The translations under genes and the position numbers were made by a program. The notes under the pieces were generated by a model that was not told the DNA's origin, searched no databases, and saw only the letters and a list, made by a program, of their open reading frames with translations. From positions 168,684-232,683 of IMG/VR virus record IMGVR_UViG_3300044638_006750: 64,000 nt of DNA. One strand, 5' to 3'. This document shows positions 28,530 to 37,500 of this stretch, piece by piece; position 1 is the stretch's first letter; each line of letters opens with the position of its first letter.

Positions 28530-29672
28530 TTATCCTATACAAAACTTGTCACTAATTTGAGAAGCTAGGTCTTTAGCAGCACTGGAGAGGAACCTGTTGT
28601 TACTAAAGTACAAAGGAGTTGATACTTGATTAAGGAACTCCACTACCGTTTTTAAAAGTTTGGTCTGCTGACCATCAAGGTTTATATCTTCGTCAGGCAG
28701 AGCATCCTCCGTATCATCAGACCTATCCTCGTTTATGGGCATCACCGGCATGGGTTCTCCATAGGCACGCTCATATTCAAGGTTATTAATATAAGACGTA
28801 CTATTACAAGCATAGTCATTTTGAAGACTGTTAAGAATTTGTTTCGCAACATTCATTGGTACTGGAACTCCGTTTTCGTCTGACTGCTTATAAGCCTTGG
28901 CGTACCCCTTGTACCATTCATCGCTACACTTTTCAGGAATAATCTGTAGAGTAGCAGGTTGACCAGTAAGGGCTGACTTTAGATCAGCAACATTAATTGG
29001 TTGACCAGTGCTACCGGGAAGGATGCTGGTAAAATAAGGAGCTTTCTTTTCCCACTCCTTACGCCACCAAGTATAAGGAACACGATAAATCTGATTAGGT
29101 TTGATAGCCCTTGGATCGCCATCAAAGTAGTTTACGAGCTTTTTCTGTAGACCATTCCAGAAAGTTTTGTTTGCCCCAACAATATTGCGTGAAGCATCAT
29201 CAAAGATCCAATAACACTGATATCCATTACGAGTATCTATAACCCAACTTGGCTTTACGGGAAACTCATTGATTTTCTTCAGAAACCTCTTCTTGTGCTG
29301 CATAACAATGCTTGGCTTAAAATAAGTACCATCAGCATTTCTGCCAGCGTCCATATCGCAAAAACAACAAGTAAATTGCTTGATAGCATAAAGCTTACGT
29401 CCACCATTAACATAGAAGTAAGCATCAGAGTGCTTATCGACATTTGCTTCTAGCATCTCGTTAAGATCATTGGTATGATTCATACTACTAATCTTCTTGC
29501 GAGGATTTCCATTGTACACAAAGATATGGTTTTGTTTGAAAGAGTTCAAGAAGCAATCTCGTTCATTACGATAATGACCACTATTTAGATTCTTATCAAA
29601 GGGATTAAAACCAAGAACATCACTAAAACTGTTGTTATTCATCTTTTCCACCATTACGTTTCCTGTAATCAT
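28530..29672 (-). CDS. RepB-like primase / primase-polymerase (AEP fold)
   Basis: FCDMDAG (DxD), DTRNGYQCYW (motif II, normally containing His) and GDP....NQIYRVPYT. Confidence 0.65.
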   Translation of the reverse strand: MITGNVMVEKMNNNSFSDVLGFNPFDKNLNSGHYRNERDCFLNSFKQNHIFVYNGNPRKKISSMNHTNDLNEMLEANVDKHSDAYFYVNGGRKLYAIKQFTCCFCDMDAGRNADGTYFKPSIVMQHKKRFLKKINEFPVKPSWVIDTRNGYQCYWIFDDASRNIVGANKTFWNGLQKKLVNYFDGDPRAIKPNQIYRVPYTWWRKEWEKKAPYFTSILPGSTGQPINVADLKSALTGQPATLQIIPEKCSDEWYKGYAKAYKQSDENGVPVPMNVAKQILNSLQNDYACNSTSYINNLEYERAYGEPMPVMPINEDRSDDTEDALPDEDINLDGQQTKLLKTVVEFLNQVSTPLYFSNNRFLSSAAKDLASQISDKFCIG

Positions 29673-29736
29673 CTAGATTATCTGGGGACAAGAACATCTT
29701 ATCCAAGGGCAGTTAATCTTCTCAAGTTATTGATAA

Positions 29737-29801
29737 AGGGAGTTGGGGAATCGAACCCCAAAAGATCATCGTTGAATCTCTCTAGTCCCAGACTACTCCA
29801 C
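29737..29801 (-). ncRNA. tRNA-like (degenerate or mini-tRNA) element
   Basis: T arm TGGGG-TTCGATT-CCCCA, acceptor pairing GGAGT/ACTCC, mini hairpin AGTC-TGG-GACT and arm AGAGAT/ATCTTT with a 9-nt loop; about 65 nt; no CCA. Confidence 0.45.
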
Positions 29802-29806
29802 ATTTT

Positions 29807-30661
29807 TCAGTTATAATACTCCGCATCGGGATCATAATCTTCATCTTCATCGTCAAACTGATCCCAGTAACTTTCATCATAGTCATTTAGATATTCATCG
29901 TCATCGTCGTTGTAATCATCCTCGTCAAAATCACTCTTATAGAGAGGCTTGAGAAGCTCTCCTTGATATTCGCCAACAACCTCATAACGACAAGTACGAA
30001 GTTTCTCGCAATTGCAATCTGTAGGAACGCTGACTACATCCTTGGGATTAATCTTGACGATTACAATCTTATCTCCAGCATCTAGACTACCATAACTAGC
30101 AACATAGTTAAGTGCGCCTGCATGAAGACCATTTGAACAACCTCGACCACGATCATCATCAACTTTTGCCCTAGTCATTTCACAAATATCACCAACCTTG
30201 TTACGGAATTTACCGGCATACTTATCCATATAGTCTCCACGTACTGCCTTATACGCAAGAAAATAACCATCTTCTGTAATTGGCAAATACTGATGCTCCA
30301 AGAAATCATACAGTTCCTTCTGACTTTGCATACTTGGATTTTCCATAAGATTATTTAGGAAATTTACAAGAGGCTCAAAAGGCAATCCCTTACTCATAAA
30401 CTCCAAAATACGCTTACTGATAGCACCGTGAACTTCTTCTCCTTCATAATAGACCTTGCCATTCTTGATCTCGACAAGACCCTGACTAAAGGAAGCAACA
30501 GCTTTTTGAATATCGACAAGCTCAGTCAACTCATCTTCTGTAGCCGATGAAAGCTTCTCCATAATCAGCCTATAGTTAATATGATCCGGCAAAACCTGAT
30601 GAGCCTTATTGTTAAGGATTAGTGTCAGATTTCCATCAACCCACATAAAAGGAACGCTCAT
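29807..30661 (-). CDS. rIIB: rIIB-like protein
   Basis: ITEDGYFLAYKAV, VDDD....CSNGLHAG and KINPKDVVSVPTD...KLRTCRYEV. Confidence 0.88.
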   Translation of the reverse strand: MSVPFMWVDGNLTLILNNKAHQVLPDHINYRLIMEKLSSATEDELTELVDIQKAVASFSQGLVEIKNGKVYYEGEEVHGAISKRILEFMSKGLPFEPLVNFLNNLMENPSMQSQKELYDFLEHQYLPITEDGYFLAYKAVRGDYMDKYAGKFRNKVGDICEMTRAKVDDDRGRGCSNGLHAGALNYVASYGSLDAGDKIVIVKINPKDVVSVPTDCNCEKLRTCRYEVVGEYQGELLKPLYKSDFDEDDYNDDDDEYLNDYDESYWDQFDDEDEDYDPDAEYYN

Positions 30662-30684
30662 AATCTTTCTCCTGTGAAATTAAA

Positions 30685-33330
30685 TCAAACAATTGTCTTA
30701 CTTACCAGTTTTCTGAATGACTCCGTATCATTCATTTTATAGCTCCAACTATTAGGACCATGATAGTATGTGCTTCTAAATGCTGACAACGGATTATCAT
30801 TAGTAAGTTCTCTCAAGTTGCCGTTGACCTCATGGCTACACACAATATACTTCAACATCGGCTGGTTGTCAAGAGCCTCTTTAATCTGCTTTCGCAACTC
30901 ATCGATTTTTATCAATTTATCTTTCAAAGATCCGTCTGGCTTAATAGCCTTCTGGATAGATGTATCATCCGAATAGAGTTCCTTAACCCACCTATTTAGG
31001 TGAAGATAAGCAACATTAGCATCACGAATTTCATTACTATTGATCCCATTGATGCCGATCTTATTAAGAATCTTAGTCATATGGGCAAAGTAATCAGATT
31101 GCTTAAATTTGGCAATATCAAACTTGTTTCTGTGAATGGTATCTGCAAAGAACTCCATGATCATACAATGATCGACCAAATCTACAATCTTGGTATCGGA
31201 AATACTAGAAGCATAATCCAGACCAAAGATATTCAGTATGTGCCAGAGAAACTGCCTATCGGTATAGTTTCTATTATAGTACGAATCTCTATTCTCTTGT
31301 TTATTAAACTCTTCCTTGGCATACTCAACAAGACCATTATAGACAGAAACATCCTTGAATTTATTTGCATAAACCGATTCCAGTTTAGACTTCATAAAAT
31401 CATTAAAATTAATTAGGTTGTATCCTTCTTTGATCAACTTTTGAGCATAGCTTTCCTTAATAGCATAGATATTAGTATCTCCATATAGACTCTTAATGAG
31501 ATCTTTACAAGACTCATCTTTGGTCATTCTGCTGATATCTCTAACAGCAGGATAACCTTGTACAGAACCATATCTTAGAATTGGCACATACACAATATCT
31601 TCTTCGTCAAGAACACTATCTCGCTCATCTTGATCAGTAATTTCTCTCATATAATGAGAGTCGTTCATAGTACCAGACAGAGCCTTGGCACTCGACAGAC
31701 TACCATGAATCAGAAAGATATTATCAACACTAACACTGCCAGCGGGATCACGACTACCAGTTTTGCGTGGGCCGTTACTAAGCAGACTCTTATACTGTGA
31801 TACCAATACTACATTAGATTCTCCACCAATATCCTTGATGATATCGTCAAAACCTTCTGTAGAATCTTCTGGAGTATCGCTATCAATCATTAAATAAGCA
31901 AAGCAGTTATTTTGATTACAGTATTTAGTAACAATTTTCTTTGCTGTTTCAGCACCCTTAACATCAGATCGGAAAAATACCATCTTCCCAGTTTTACGAT
32001 TGGCATTATCCCAATAATAAGAACCTCTTCCGCTAAGAGTTTCATGATGAATTTTATCTGTGAGATAAATCATCCTACGACTACGATATCCAGCAGTTCT
32101 AAAATTGAACACATAAAACTGCTTACTCTTCTTAAACTTGTATTCAAGATCCTTACCGCTTTGAAGATCATAAACCTTACCATTACTATCAGTCCATGAT
32201 GCCCCAGCAGTCCATCCTCCTGCAATATCACTAAGATTATAGTAGGTGGTATATGCTTCAACCAGACTATTAGCATTAGCAAGTTTGTCTGTCATATCTT
32301 GATTGAGTTGCAAATAAATATCTTGTGTACGTTCACGCAGGGTTTTAATAACTTGCTTAGTGTATTGCAAACCCTCACGACTAACATCCATCTCCAATTC
32401 ACCAATGCCAAATTGGATCTCCAAATAAAGACCTTGGTTGAGAATCTCACGCACAAGATTCTTCCAGTTGTCTACGTCGGCCTTACGAAAAGCCCTGTTC
32501 CATGCTTGAATATGATCCGGTTGATCTGGCTTTTCTTCTCCGACAATCTTATTAGCATCAACAGGATAAGCAATATTACCCATAATTGCAACAATACCAC
32601 TACTGATATTATTATGGTTACTTGGATACTTACTACTATCACTAGCGATTCTTCCGATCTTCCAACCAGTACCTTCAATCACAATATTGTTATGAGAATA
32701 TGATCCGTCATTGATAGAGTTACAAACACCACCCTCAATAATTGGCTTTAGCTTAAAATAATGATAAATCCTCTTGCTTTTCTGAGTAAATTCCCAATGG
32801 TCATTTTGTTTAACCGCAAAAGTAATTTCAAGACCATTTGGTTCATTGGTTTTTGTAATACTAACAAGATTCAAACTCGGAACTCCATTCTCATCCATCG
32901 CTGCAATATATGTCAGTTTTTGTCCATCATAATAAGAGATAGTAGTAAAACTCTTAGTATAGGCAAAGGGACTCTTAGAACCTAGACCAAGACAACCAAC
33001 AAAATCATTGCTAGTATTTTTATTACTCGCACCATAAGTAGTATACAGTTCCTCCATATCTGCTTGACTAAGACCAGTACCATAGTCACGCACAGTAAAA
33101 GAAGGATTGGCCTGTGTAGGCAGAATCACCTTAAAAGGATTCTTGTTTCCCGCTGCAATATGAGCATCATATGCATTAGTAGACAACTCACGCACAACAG
33201 CCATAACCTTGTCGGAATAAAGAGAGTCCGACAAAATCTTAAACATTTTGCTTGTCTGTGCGATGCTGAATTGATTAGCACTCTGAACACCAGACGAATG
33301 GATTTCAACTGTCCTATCTGCCAACTTCAT
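30685..33330 (-). CDS. rIIA: rIIA-like protein (N-terminal GHKL/HATPase domain)
   Basis: LSDSLYSDK..AVVRELSTNAYDA, VRDYGTG and GCLGLGSKSPFAYT; upstream of rIIB. Confidence 0.88.
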   Translation of the reverse strand: MKLADRTVEIHSSGVQSANQFSIAQTSKMFKILSDSLYSDKVMAVVRELSTNAYDAHIAAGNKNPFKVILPTQANPSFTVRDYGTGLSQADMEELYTTYGASNKNTSNDFVGCLGLGSKSPFAYTKSFTTISYYDGQKLTYIAAMDENGVPSLNLVSITKTNEPNGLEITFAVKQNDHWEFTQKSKRIYHYFKLKPIIEGGVCNSINDGSYSHNNIVIEGTGWKIGRIASDSSKYPSNHNNISSGIVAIMGNIAYPVDANKIVGEEKPDQPDHIQAWNRAFRKADVDNWKNLVREILNQGLYLEIQFGIGELEMDVSREGLQYTKQVIKTLRERTQDIYLQLNQDMTDKLANANSLVEAYTTYYNLSDIAGGWTAGASWTDSNGKVYDLQSGKDLEYKFKKSKQFYVFNFRTAGYRSRRMIYLTDKIHHETLSGRGSYYWDNANRKTGKMVFFRSDVKGAETAKKIVTKYCNQNNCFAYLMIDSDTPEDSTEGFDDIIKDIGGESNVVLVSQYKSLLSNGPRKTGSRDPAGSVSVDNIFLIHGSLSSAKALSGTMNDSHYMREITDQDERDSVLDEEDIVYVPILRYGSVQGYPAVRDISRMTKDESCKDLIKSLYGDTNIYAIKESYAQKLIKEGYNLINFNDFMKSKLESVYANKFKDVSVYNGLVEYAKEEFNKQENRDSYYNRNYTDRQFLWHILNIFGLDYASSISDTKIVDLVDHCMIMEFFADTIHRNKFDIAKFKQSDYFAHMTKILNKIGINGINSNEIRDANVAYLHLNRWVKELYSDDTSIQKAIKPDGSLKDKLIKIDELRKQIKEALDNQPMLKYIVCSHEVNGNLRELTNDNPLSAFRSTYYHGPNSWSYKMNDTESFRKLVSKTIV

Positions 33331-33374
33331 TTTCTTTCTCCAAAAGTGTTACTTATCGAACCTGTGATTTTGCT

Positions 33375-33403
33375 ATTATAGCATCGGCAACACCGCTTGT
33401 CAA
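33375..33403 (-). promoter_or_regulatory. Consensus sigma70 promoter of rIIA
   Basis: TTGACA-agcggtgttgccgatgc (17)-TATAAT. Confidence 0.85.
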
Positions 33404-33410
33404 GCTTGAA

Positions 33411-33650
33411 TTATTTTTTGTTGCCGTCTAGCAAAATTTTGATACCGATAGATAGATTGACCAATCCCAATATTCTCATCATGGGTACTGGTATAAATAA
33501 TGCCCATATCCCTATACCAACATCGATTATTCCTAATAAGTATTTCATAACTTTTGGTACTATGCCAATTGACGAAATTACGTAGGTGATTGGTCCTAAC
33601 AATATTAAGCATAGCAATATAATTGAGACGACCACCGCTAAACTACCCAT
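33411..33650 (-). CDS. Small membrane protein
   Basis: Three hydrophobic segments. Confidence 0.6.
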   Translation of the reverse strand: MGSLAVVVSIILLCLILLGPITYVISSIGIVPKVMKYLLGIIDVGIGIWALFIPVPMMRILGLVNLSIGIKILLDGNKK

Positions 33651-33961
33651 TACTCGTCCTCATCATCATATGTCTCATAGTCTTCTACTTCATATTCATC
33701 ATCGTATGGATTCCATTCTGTATTATATTTTTCAGATTCTTCTTCTTGAAAATCTTGTAAAATTTCCGCAGCATCCATTATAATTTCAAGCTGTTGTATC
33801 TTATCGATTAAGAGAGATATTTTATTGTCTAAATTTTTAATAGCTCTTTTAATATCTCCAATATCTTTTGATAAATGAGTATCTACTTTATGTATCTCTT
33901 GGTTTGATTTAGCAATTTGCTTGATGATATCGTCATAATCTTTTGGCATCCTTGTACCCAT
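33650..33961 (-). CDS. Coiled-coil hypothetical with an acidic tail
   Basis: Heptad-like pattern; 1-nt overlaps with both neighbours. Confidence 0.6.
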   Translation of the reverse strand: MGTRMPKDYDDIIKQIAKSNQEIHKVDTHLSKDIGDIKRAIKNLDNKISLLIDKIQQLEIIMDAAEILQDFQEEESEKYNTEWNPYDDEYEVEDYETYDDEDE

Positions 33962-34305
33962 TATAGTTTTTTGTACTCTTTTATATCTCCATTTTCAATA
34001 ATCTTTTTATCTTCATAGCTAGAAGCTACTCTACGATAGAATTCTTGCTTGATATTTTCTAATACACCAGTTATGACAGCAATTTTGGAATAGGAAATAT
34101 CACCCATAATACCTGAAATAATCCGAGAAAAAGCATAATTTATATCACCACATATGCTTAAAAATTCTTCATTTGTAAGTTTTTCTTTATATGGGTTTGA
34201 GTAGAGATTATCTTGATTTGTAGATACGTTGCCCCTCAAACACTCCATCATATGATCAATACATCCATCTAAACTGGATCTGTTTTCTTCTTTGATATAA
34301 GGCAT
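33961..34305 (-). CDS. Conserved phage hypothetical (MPYIK..R type)
   Basis: MPYIKEENR...GDINY...EFYRRVASSYEDKKI.ENGD pattern. Confidence 0.6.
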   Translation of the reverse strand: MPYIKEENRSSLDGCIDHMMECLRGNVSTNQDNLYSNPYKEKLTNEEFLSICGDINYAFSRIISGIMGDISYSKIAVITGVLENIKQEFYRRVASSYEDKKIIENGDIKEYKKL

Positions 34306-34307
34306 AA

Positions 34308-34835
34308 TTAGTTATCCTCGCATTGACATTCGTAGGTATTACAATATGAACATTTAGGCCCAGGGTCAGGATTACCCCATGCATTACTATAACCGTTAAA
34401 GCTTTCTTTGCCAGTATCTATACATACTAATTTTTTAGACCGTCCCCTTTTAACAAATCCTACGTTGTACCAATGACAATCCCAAAATTTAAGGTTGGTC
34501 TTTACTGCAATATCTTCAACTAAAGTTTGAAGTTTTTTCATAGTAATTTTAGTATGATTTACAGGACTGGCTTTTTCTACTACATAACCCCATAAGCTTG
34601 GTTCATCAACACAATAAAAACCATATGGGGCATAATCTAATTTACAAATTTTGCTATAAATTTTTGGAGCTAGATCAAACCGAGTTAGTAATTTTTGATA
34701 CTTATAAGATTCTATTGCAGTTTTTTTATTGCCAAATTCTTTAAATACAATATCCTTATGACCAACTATCTCATGGACATTGCAAAACCCTCCCTGAGTA
34801 TGGTCTTTAGATAAGTCTATTAATAGATTAGACAT
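34308..34835 (-). CDS. Minimal protein-kinase-like fold protein
   Basis: GGFCNV (Gly loop-like), VFKEF (Lys), DCHWYNVG (catalytic D.H..N) and CIDTG (DFG-like); C-terminal CxxCxxxxCxC. Confidence 0.55.
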   Translation of the reverse strand: MSNLLIDLSKDHTQGGFCNVHEIVGHKDIVFKEFGNKKTAIESYKYQKLLTRFDLAPKIYSKICKLDYAPYGFYCVDEPSLWGYVVEKASPVNHTKITMKKLQTLVEDIAVKTNLKFWDCHWYNVGFVKRGRSKKLVCIDTGKESFNGYSNAWGNPDPGPKCSYCNTYECQCEDN

Positions 34836-35152
34836 TAGTATGAAATAATATGGGGTATTTCACCAGTAATATTATACAAAAATTCTTTAGCTTTATCCAG
34901 TGAATAGAACTCTCCTAAAAAAATAGGAGAATACCTATCATCATATTCGTATCTTTTGCCATATATTTGATAGAATGGTTCGTCAAGAGCCTCTTCTTCT
35001 GTATTCAAGAATTGTTCAGCGGTTTTAATTTGATCTATAAATGTGCCGCCTTCATAGTCTGGGAATTCTCTTACTGTAACTAGTTCAAAATATTCTATCG
35101 GAGATTTTGAATTTGTATTTTTAACTAAACCATTGCACAGAGTATTTGTCAT
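34835..35152 (-). CDS. Hypothetical protein
   Basis: ORF tiles with 1-nt overlaps. Confidence 0.55.
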   Translation of the reverse strand: MTNTLCNGLVKNTNSKSPIEYFELVTVREFPDYEGGTFIDQIKTAEQFLNTEEEALDEPFYQIYGKRYEYDDRYSPIFLGEFYSLDKAKEFLYNITGEIPHIISY

Positions 35153-35454
35153 TAGTTTTTCCTATACAGGGGAACCACTGTCGTTTGATCAACATAGGGA
35201 TTATTTTGGGTTCTAAGATCGAATAGATCTCCACGATCATTTATTCTAGCCCAAGCAACAGGACTAGTAAAATTTGGCCCCCTTAGTTTTTTGAGTTCAT
35301 CCTTTGCATTATTGACCCAAAATATATCAGCACCGGATGCCCAAGCAAAATCAATGATAGATTCAAGGGGATCAGCATTTTTATCCATATAGTCTGCCAG
35401 TTCTATAAAAGTTCTTCGTATACTATCTTCCCAATTTTCATACTCTTCGATCAT
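35152..35454 (-). CDS. Hypothetical protein
   Basis: ORF tiles with overlaps. Confidence 0.55.
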   Translation of the reverse strand: MIEEYENWEDSIRRTFIELADYMDKNADPLESIIDFAWASGADIFWVNNAKDELKKLRGPNFTSPVAWARINDRGDLFDLRTQNNPYVDQTTVVPLYRKN

Positions 35455-35666
35455 GCAAATCCTATGCGGGTTTTCTCGCTAAGAGTAACCTCTATTTCAT
35501 TTTCATGAAACCACTTACTATCATGAGAACGACCATTCCACCAACTACATTCATAGGTTACATGATTATTACCACGAACGCAAACAGCACTAATCGTGCC
35601 AAACACATCGTCTGCCAACTTAACCTTACTACCGATTTTAAATGTTTCTAGAGAGTTTTTGCTCAT
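35451..35666 (-). CDS. Small SH3-like (YodC/DUF2158-like) protein
   Basis: FKIGSKVKL...V......YECSWWNG...F.E.E+. Confidence 0.45.
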   Translation of the reverse strand: MSKNSLETFKIGSKVKLADDVFGTISAVCVRGNNHVTYECSWWNGRSHDSKWFHENEIEVTLSEKTRIGFA

Positions 35667-35692
35667 AAAATTTCCTTTTATTTTTAGTTTAG

Positions 35693-35917
35693 TTAAGCTT
35701 CTTCTGAAGCATCATAATATCCAGTATCGTATCCTTCTTCGTGACCCATAGCATATGCTGCCAACAACCACTTGATTATATCATCCGTTCGTTCTTGTTC
35801 AACAGACACTTTTATATCATCCAACATTCGGTCTATTCTTGGCCCGAATCCTTCATCTTGATACAACCATTGATCAAATGTCATAATATTTCTTTTCTGT
35901 GAAGTTTCATATGGCAA
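35693..35917 (-). CDS. Hypothetical protein
   Basis: ORF in the operon; probable start at MTFDQW. Confidence 0.5.
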   Translation of the reverse strand: MPYETSQKRNIMTFDQWLYQDEGFGPRIDRMLDDIKVSVEQERTDDIIKWLLAAYAMGHEEGYDTGYYDASEEA

Positions 35918-36351
35918 TTAGCGCATAATAGTATACATTTCTTGATTTCTTTTAATATTGTTGTCCAAGCCCTATGCCAATTACTACATAGGTTGAATTT
36001 TTTTGTATTTGGATTTTTATGATGAAAAGTTAATACATCACGGTCACAATTTCCACAATTCTTACATTTGCCTCCAAGGATATTTATAGCTTTCGATCTT
36101 TGAATACCTCGTCTTTTGAAGGTTCTACAAGTAGGACAAACATTGTTTTTTGTCCATTTAAAATCTCTACCACATTCAGTACAGTGTTTTTTACTATTTT
36201 TATCTCTTTGTGGAAGATGCAATCTTTTTGTATTGCGCTTACCGAAGGGCGAACATTCTAGACAATATATTCTTTTGTTTATGTTTCTTTCTATTCCATC
36301 AATTACAACACGATTTGTAAATTCTTTTGAACACTTTAAGCATTTTTTCAT
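35881..36351 (-). CDS. HNH homing endonuclease-like protein with Zn fingers
   Basis: GGKCKNCG...LTFHHKNP...KCILLCANCH..LH; GGAG RBS. Confidence 0.85.
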   Translation of the reverse strand: MKKCLKCSKEFTNRVVIDGIERNINKRIYCLECSPFGKRNTKRLHLPQRDKNSKKHCTECGRDFKWTKNNVCPTCRTFKRRGIQRSKAINILGGKCKNCGNCDRDVLTFHHKNPNTKKFNLCSNWHRAWTTILKEIKKCILLCANCHMKLHRKEIL

Positions 36352-36425
36352 CTTTCCATCTCCTGAGTGTAGTCTAGTTCTGATTTACACCGAAGATGAA
36401 AATATCTACCATTTATCCTACATAG

Positions 36426-36510
36426 TACCGGGGGCGGGATTCGAACCCGCAGCGTTTCTTATGTGAGGGATTTTAAGTCCCTTGCGTTTCGCCAATTTCG
36501 CCACCCCGGC
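36426..36510 (-). tRNA. trnL: tRNA-Leu(UAA), CCA not encoded
   Basis: GCCGGGG/CCCCGGT acceptor stem, AGGGA-CTTAAAA-TCCCT anticodon arm, long variable region and GCGGG-TTCGAAT-CCCGC T arm; followed by CTA. Confidence 0.93.
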
Positions 36511-36512
36511 AT

Positions 36513-36596
36513 GATACCCCTGACTACCAAACTAGTGACTTGAGGTTGATTATTGCAGTTTGTAGCCTCATAGTTTAGTTTTAGTAGCAGGGATAC
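36513..36596 (-). ncRNA. Long imperfect hairpin directly 5' of tRNA-Leu
   Basis: Arms 36513-36534 and 36576-36596 are near-complementary; inner TGAGG (36541-45) pairs with CCTCA (36566-70). Confidence 0.4.
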
Positions 36597-36608
36597 TTGG
36601 GTTTTATA

Positions 36609-36893
36609 TCAACCGTTCAGATGAGCGGCCTTGAGACGGCGAACAGTCTCAGCCATAGCCTCGACATTATCAATCGTCTTAGTGGGCTTCGCACGCTCCA
36701 TAGCGGGAAGATCAATACCCTTCTTTGCAAGAGCAGCCTTGGCTCTAGCATAACGAGCCATTGTACTAGCAACCTTCTGTCCAGTCTTACTGGAAATCTC
36801 AGCATAAGTCTTGCTAGAGAAAACAGCCTCAAGAAACGCATCATCACTGCAACGAACCCTAGTCTGCTTTTCCGTAGTAGTAACTTCAGCCAT
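36609..36893 (-). CDS. Small basic, Ala-rich protein, possibly HTH DNA-binding
   Basis: GGAGG RBS before MAEVTT; TYAEISSKTGQKVASTMARYARAK is HTH-like; has its own promoter. Confidence 0.6.
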   Translation of the reverse strand: MAEVTTTEKQTRVRCSDDAFLEAVFSSKTYAEISSKTGQKVASTMARYARAKAALAKKGIDLPAMERAKPTKTIDNVEAMAETVRRLKAAHLNG

Positions 36894-36975
36894 AATCAAC
36901 CTCCAAATTCTTAACCAAACTTTTGCAACGCTAGGCTCAATCTCATGATTGATGTTACCCGTCGTTGACTCTTTC

Positions 36976-37004
36976 ATTCTACAACACAGTATCGGCACTG
37001 TCAA
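36976..37004 (-). promoter_or_regulatory. Sigma70 promoter
   Basis: TTGACA-gtgccgatactgtgttg (17)-TAGAAT. Confidence 0.8.
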
Positions 37005-37041
37005 TGGGTTGTCTTGAAAAAATTTCGTTCTAAGCTGAAAT

Positions 37042-37227
37042 TTATTCGTTAGACGGCAATACAATAGCCAGTGCTAAATAAACCCAAAATAGAATACTAC
37101 CGGTAAATATAGCTCCTAATAAGAATCCTAGTCTTAGTAATGATACGTCAATGCCAGTAGTCTCAGATATTCCTCCGCAAACGCCGAATATAACTTTATT
37201 GTTTTTACTTTTGTGTAGATTTGACAT
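37042..37227 (-). CDS. pspC: PspC-domain membrane protein
   Basis: LHKSKNNKVIFGVCGGISE..GID...LRL...YLALAIVLP. Confidence 0.85.
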   Translation of the reverse strand: MSNLHKSKNNKVIFGVCGGISETTGIDVSLLRLGFLLGAIFTGSILFWVYLALAIVLPSNE

Positions 37228-37233
37228 GGTATA

Positions 37234-37500
37234 TTAGTATAGGGTAATTTTAAGTATAAAATAATCTTCTTGATCGTTTTCTATGTTCTGTATATTGGCT
37301 ATTTCGCCTTTGCCTAAAAAAGAATCTCCAACTAATAAAAATGGTCCACTCTCTATATTAGCAGATGTAATAAATGCTGGATCAAATTGGCAACCAAACT
37401 TAGCCCAATCACAGTAGCCTTCTATTAAATATTCTTTTTCACCAATTTGAGTAATAATTCTTTGGTTTCTGTTTTTATCAGAACGAACACACCGGCTCAT
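37234..37500 (-). CDS. Hypothetical protein
   Basis: ORF tiles in the operon. Confidence 0.55.
   Translation of the reverse strand: MSRCVRSDKNRNQRIITQIGEKEYLIEGYCDWAKFGCQFDPAFITSANIESGPFLLVGDSFLGKGEIANIQNIENDQEDYFILKITLY

Noticed and set aside
31000-33381. Plus-strand ORFs of 95-138 aa opposite rIIA
   Set aside because: These are antisense shadows of a codon-biased gene, with no motifs or RBS.
36597-37064. Plus-strand 105-aa ORF, and the 151-aa extended version of the small basic protein
   Set aside because: The first is an antisense shadow. The extension runs through the promoter at 36976-37004.
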